Below are positions 29,112 to 33,132 of a DNA stretch of 33,132 nucleotides, piece after piece. Numbering within the stretch: position 1 is the stretch's first letter; the number at the start of each line of letters is the position of its first letter. Position numbers and translations under genes: made by a program. The stretch comes from an uncultured Eubacteriales bacterium (lineage in GTDB: Bacteria > Bacillota > Clostridia > Acetivibrionales > STF1-152), in assembly GCA_964471145.1 (NCBI GenBank), contig CAYYGK010000002.1:1-33132 (forward strand), given 5' to 3'. Below the pieces are notes generated by a model. It was not told the origin of the DNA. It searched no databases and was given only the letters and a program-made list of their open reading frames with translations.

Positions 29112-30506
29112 ATGGGAAAGATTAGACAGAAACTGATTGACTTGAAAAAGCGGCTTCAGGACAGGAAGATGTACAGCATTTTCATTGTAACTGTTGCACT
29201 GGTAGCAATATGGGGTCTGTTCCAGTACAGACAGGCGTCACAGTATAGACAGGAGCTTGACAACCGTTATAACAGGGCTCTGTATGATATGGTGGGCTAT
29301 GTAAACAACGTAGAAGTCCTCCTTATCAAGTCGCTTATTGCTTCAACATCCGAAAAAACGGCTACCACGCTTCAGGAGGCATGGAGGCAGGCTAATCTTG
29401 CCCAGACAAACCTGGGGCAGCTGCCCGTCCCGCAGCACATACTGGCCAGAACCTCAAAATTCCTAACCCAGGTTGGAGATCTTACTTATACGCTTAACAA
29501 CCAGAGCATGAACGGCCGTGAAATAACTGAAAAACAGTACAAGCTGCTTGAAAATCTCCATGGATATGCCGTTGACCTGGACAAAAACCTGGATGACCTT
29601 CAGAACCAGCTTTCTTCCGGCAGGATCAGGTGGGGTGAACTTGCAAAGCGCGGCAAGAAGCTTTTTACACGTGCCTCATCCTCCATGCCGCAGCAGCAGT
29701 TTGAAAACATAGACAAGACCTTCCAGGATTACCCCACGCTCATATATGACGGTCCGTTTTCCGACCATCTTACCACAATAGAACCCCGGGGCGTGTCAGG
29801 CAGTCAAATTACACAAGAGCAGGGCAGGCAGAAGGTCATTGCGTTCTTCGGGGCAGACAGGACCTCCTCAGTTGAAAACACGAATACCAATGACACAGGT
29901 CCACTGAAAACCTACAGCTATTCCGTCCAGTTGAAAAACGCACCAGGGGACACCAGTGCATCCATATCCATATCTCAAAAAGGCGGCCAGGTATACTGGA
30001 TGCTGTACAGCCGTCCCGTCACTGAAAAAAAACTCAGTGTGGAGCAGGCAAAACAAGCAGGTAAAAAATTTCTGATTGAGCACGGCTACCCAAACATGAT
30101 TGATACTTACTATACCAGTGAAGACAATACCGCAACGGTTAACTATGCCTATGAGCAGCAGAACGTGACCGTATACCCTGACCTTATCAAGCTGAAAATC
30201 GCACTGGATAACGGCGAGATAATCGGTATGGAAGCAAAAGGTTATCTTTTCGCACACACTGAAAGGTCTATTCCGGCACCAGGTATATCAATGGCGGAAG
30301 CAAGGGAAAAAGTAAATGACCGGATTAAGATACTAAGCTCGGGCATGGCCATAATCCCTACAGAATACAAGACAGAAATACTGACCTATGAATTCAAGGG
30401 CAAGCTTTACGAAAAGGACTTCCTTATCTACATTAACGCAAAAAACGGCAAGGAGGAAAACATACTTCTTATACTTAACACTCCGCAGGGAATACTGACC
30501 ATGTAG
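29112..30506 (+). CDS. ypeB: Germination protein YpeB
   Basis: N-terminal TM, LGQLP, KFLTQVGD, YPTLIYDGPFSDH, PepSY-like repeats (YPDLIKLKIALDNGEIIG, YINAKNGKEE). ATG 29112 follows GGAGG. Confidence 0.93.
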   Translation: MGKIRQKLIDLKKRLQDRKMYSIFIVTVALVAIWGLFQYRQASQYRQELDNRYNRALYDMVGYVNNVEVLLIKSLIASTSEKTATTLQEAWRQANLAQTNLGQLPVPQHILARTSKFLTQVGDLTYTLNNQSMNGREITEKQYKLLENLHGYAVDLDKNLDDLQNQLSSGRIRWGELAKRGKKLFTRASSSMPQQQFENIDKTFQDYPTLIYDGPFSDHLTTIEPRGVSGSQITQEQGRQKVIAFFGADRTSSVENTNTNDTGPLKTYSYSVQLKNAPGDTSASISISQKGGQVYWMLYSRPVTEKKLSVEQAKQAGKKFLIEHGYPNMIDTYYTSEDNTATVNYAYEQQNVTVYPDLIKLKIALDNGEIIGMEAKGYLFAHTERSIPAPGISMAEAREKVNDRIKILSSGMAIIPTEYKTEILTYEFKGKLYEKDFLIYINAKNGKEENILLILNTPQGILTM

Positions 30507-30522
30507 GCTTTTTATTCTGTGT

Positions 30523-31530
30523 TCAGGCCCTGATACCCCTTATATCGTCACCTGCAAACACCAGCCGTTCAAAGTTGCCCATTATACGGGAACCCACCCT
30601 TTCAGTGTAGTACTCATAAAGCTTCCGGGGGCCCAGGTTTGTAGATATTATGGTTTTGCAGGAATCCTTAAGGTTGTTCATCTCTCTTGTGTTAAGAATA
30701 TTCAGAAGTTCTGCATAGCGTGCGGATGTTGAAGATTCCGTTCCCAGGTCATCAATTATCAGCAGCTCCACAGAAAATATGAGGAAATAAGCCTCGTCGT
30801 CAAAATTACCGTCCCTGTACGCCCTTGCCTTGTACCTGCCGATTGTACCAAACAGCGAGGGTGCTGTCTGGTAAAGCACGGTATGCCCTTTTTGTATAAG
30901 GCTGCCCGCCACGCAGCTTGTAATGAATGTCTTTCCTGTGCCTGGAGGGCCGCTGAAAAAGAGATTCCTTCCCCCTGGGTTATTAAATTCCTCAATGAAT
31001 TTTTCACACCGTTTCTTTATCTCAAGTATGTTTTTCTGCGGGCTTATTTTTATACCGTATTTTTTTTCATTAACATTGTCTGAATAATACTTTTCATTGA
31101 AACTGTCCCAGTTTTCTGTATCAAGCCTGGAAAGGTTGGACTGCCGATAGAGCCCCTCTATGACCTGCTGCCTGAAGCACGAGCACCTCTGCCCTTCATA
31201 AAACCCGGTGTCACTGCATTTAGAACACCTGTAGACAGGATTTAAGTAATCCTCCGGAAATCCGCTATCCAGGAGAAGTCTTTTTTTTTGGTTCTTTAGC
31301 TTGTCTATTTCCCTGTTAAGTTCATCGGCGGCCTTGTGCGGATTATCCTCACCGCTTAAAATAAGGCGGGAACACCTTATTCCGGCCTTTTGTATTTTCT
31401 CTTCCAGTTCACGCACCCTGGGCGCCTTTGAATACACTTCAATCCTTCTTTCGTCCAGCTTGTCAAATGCCCTCTTCCTTCTTGTATCATACTCCCTTTT
31501 TATAGAGTCATATATTTTTCTCTTCATCAA
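30523..31530 (-). CDS. dnaC: DnaC/DnaI-like AAA+ helicase loader (IstB-like ATP-binding family)
   Basis: Zn motif CSKCSDTG...RCSC, Walker A GPPGTGKT, Walker B LLIIDDLGTE, TIISTNL. Directly downstream of a DnaD-domain gene, with no transposase nearby. Confidence 0.85.
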   Translation of the reverse strand: MMKRKIYDSIKREYDTRRKRAFDKLDERRIEVYSKAPRVRELEEKIQKAGIRCSRLILSGEDNPHKAADELNREIDKLKNQKKRLLLDSGFPEDYLNPVYRCSKCSDTGFYEGQRCSCFRQQVIEGLYRQSNLSRLDTENWDSFNEKYYSDNVNEKKYGIKISPQKNILEIKKRCEKFIEEFNNPGGRNLFFSGPPGTGKTFITSCVAGSLIQKGHTVLYQTAPSLFGTIGRYKARAYRDGNFDDEAYFLIFSVELLIIDDLGTESSTSARYAELLNILNTREMNNLKDSCKTIISTNLGPRKLYEYYTERVGSRIMGNFERLVFAGDDIRGIRA

Positions 31531-32520
31531 TTATCGATTCCCCTTGGCGCTTTCAGAGTTGTCAAAAAAATCATCATAAAACTCGTTTCCATACTCGCGC
31601 TGTTCAAAATTCAAATGCTGGGGCACTTTTTCTCCCGTTGTACTTCCCGGCCTTGCGTTACCCCTGTTTTTTTCAAACTCCATGATCTTATCCCTGGTTG
31701 AAAGGCCTGCCTTGTGCCAGCTTGAGACGATACCGTTTAAGTACCTGAAATTAGGATGTGTCCTGGCTGTTGTCTTCTTGAGTGCAATCTCAATTATATC
31801 AATGTCATAACCGTATTCCAGCGACCATTTCTCTATAAACTCATCCTCATACTCGGTCAGGTTTCTTGCAAGCTTGAGCTTTTTTATTATCTGCCCCTTT
31901 AAGTCTCTTTTTTTCTTGTACTCAATAAAAAATTTATCCAGGTCAAATGAATTCTTGATACTCCTGCTGTGCCAGCTTTCCGCAACCTTGCATATGTAGC
32001 TCTTTGTAAGCGCCTTATGGTCATAGCAGTGCTGGAACAGGGTGTACATGACATCCTCTTCAAAACCGTACTTGTCAAACCATGCATCTATATCCGTATA
32101 CCAGGACGGTGACATTACCCCCTGGAAAAAAGTGTCGTTAATTGCAGAAATAATCTTGTTTCTGTGCTTGTTCCTCTCACAGTTACGGGCTGCTTCTTCG
32201 GGAGTGGAAGTTGTTTTCATCCTGTAGATTTTGTTTATCTCCTTTTGTTTAAGGTCAGCCAGTATTATCCTGCCGTCCTTTCTTCTCAACACTCCAAGGC
32301 TCTCAAGGTGAAGGAACGCATCATTTACCCTTCCAGTCTCCATGCTGAGCCTTTTTGACAGCTCTTCACAGGTAAGCCTTCTTCCGTGTTTGCATAGGAA
32401 CAGGCTGTAAATATATACTTTTACATACTCACATTTCATTGAAGGCAGATACTCTGACAGAAAGATGTCGGGCACCTGTGTATCGGAATATATGACTGAT
32501 TCATCCCTCTCAAAATACAT
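31531..32520 (-). CDS. DnaD/DnaB-domain primosomal replication protein
   Basis: N-terminal wHTH (PDIFLSEYLP..YVKVYIY), two DnaD_dom-like repeats (YICKVAESW; NFRYLNGIVSSWHKAG), and an NFEQREY tail. Confidence 0.85.
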   Translation of the reverse strand: MYFERDESVIYSDTQVPDIFLSEYLPSMKCEYVKVYIYSLFLCKHGRRLTCEELSKRLSMETGRVNDAFLHLESLGVLRRKDGRIILADLKQKEINKIYRMKTTSTPEEAARNCERNKHRNKIISAINDTFFQGVMSPSWYTDIDAWFDKYGFEEDVMYTLFQHCYDHKALTKSYICKVAESWHSRSIKNSFDLDKFFIEYKKKRDLKGQIIKKLKLARNLTEYEDEFIEKWSLEYGYDIDIIEIALKKTTARTHPNFRYLNGIVSSWHKAGLSTRDKIMEFEKNRGNARPGSTTGEKVPQHLNFEQREYGNEFYDDFFDNSESAKGNR

Positions 32521-32568
32521 CGTATGCCCCTTCTTTCTGCTGGTATATTATTCTTGTTGCAGACTTTC

Positions 32569-32598
32569 ATTATATCACAGGGAAACTTCAGGATACAA
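32569..32598 (-). promoter_or_regulatory. Putative sigma-A promoter for the dnaD-dnaC pair
   Basis: Minus strand TTGTAT (32598-32593), 18 nt, extended -10 TG-n-TATAAT (32574-32569). Confidence 0.5.
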
Positions 32599-32689
32599 AA
32601 AAAATAATGTGCATCTGTGCTCATTATCTCCTTCATACAGGCGGTAGTTTAGTATTATGGTTTTGTCCACAAAAATTCACTTGAATCTG

Positions 32690-33024
32690 CTCCTGTTCAA
32701 ATGCGGAACCGATTTTGGTACCCAGACTGGCACTTTTTGTTCAAAGGACGTTTTCAGAGAATTATACATGCCTTATTACAAGAAAATGAACAACTGGATT
32801 CATGAAAACACCTGTTGGAAAACACTAACCCACAGTTGTGGAGCAGTAGAACCGTTCATTGGCATGTTCATTGAATCAGATTTTGACATAATGAACCCTG
32901 TACAGTGTTCAGCAAAAAAAATGGCGGATTTGTTTTCAATACCATACACAACATTCAGGCAAAAACCCCGGTTGAAAATATTGCTGCAATGATCGATGCA
33001 CTAAAAGAATTTAATGGAGGGTGA
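32690..33024 (+). pseudogene. UroD/MtaA-CmuA (uroporphyrinogen decarboxylase-like methyltransferase) family remnant
   Basis: One frame reads CGTDFGTQ...FRELYMPYYKKMNNWIH...THSCGAVEPFI..FIESDFDIMNPVQCSA. A second frame from 32923 reads GGFVFNTIHNIQAKTPVENIAAMIDALKEFNGG* (stop 33022-33024). The N-terminal half is absent and no SD is visible. Confidence 0.85.
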
Positions 33025-33132
33025 AAGCTCCCATACATTACCCTTCCTGACATATGCAGTTGTTTTAAGAATTGACATATTATTTCAGTAATTATGGATA
33101 CTTAACAATTATTAATTCTCCATTATTCTCTG

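Noticed and set aside
30523-31530. IstB-like ATPase as part of an IS21 element or prophage replication module
   Set aside because: No IstA transposase, terminal repeats or phage genes nearby. The DnaD-domain + DnaC pair is the usual clostridial chromosomal arrangement.
33072-33102. TTGACA near the window end as a promoter
   Set aside because: No good -10 at 16-18 nt spacing (GATACT only at 19), and the downstream gene is outside the window.

Overview
Chromosomal, mostly housekeeping window from a spore-forming Clostridia-type Firmicute, judged from gene order, sleB-ypeB, addBA and sigma-A/sigma-G-like promoters. Left part (+ strand): the conserved block sua5 (5'-truncated by the window edge)-ywlE-rpiB-upp-dCMP deaminase-tagO-wecB, then a complete F1Fo ATP synthase operon (atpIBEFHAGDC). 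Its c subunit looks H+-type and has a heavily substituted glycine zipper. Directly tail-to-tail with atpC (0 bp gap) is a compact minus-strand Tad/Flp pilus operon (tadZ-like, tadA, tadB, tadC, flp) ending in a membrane-anchored FHA protein, with no prepilin peptidase or TadE-like pilins. This is the best candidate for a poorly described system. Next come a palindrome-rich intergenic region, an orphan membrane protein and an isochorismatase-family hydrolase. A minus-strand unit follows in which a deletion-shattered CoA-disulfide reductase remnant (missed by the ORF track) leads into a GntR/LacI hybrid regulator translationally coupled to addB-addA. The right end has sleB-ypeB (+), a dnaD-domain/dnaC-like pair (-) and a second deletion-damaged pseudogene (UroD/MtaA family). 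No rRNA, tRNA, CRISPR array or IS element was seen. All family calls come from motif recognition by eye; no searches were run.
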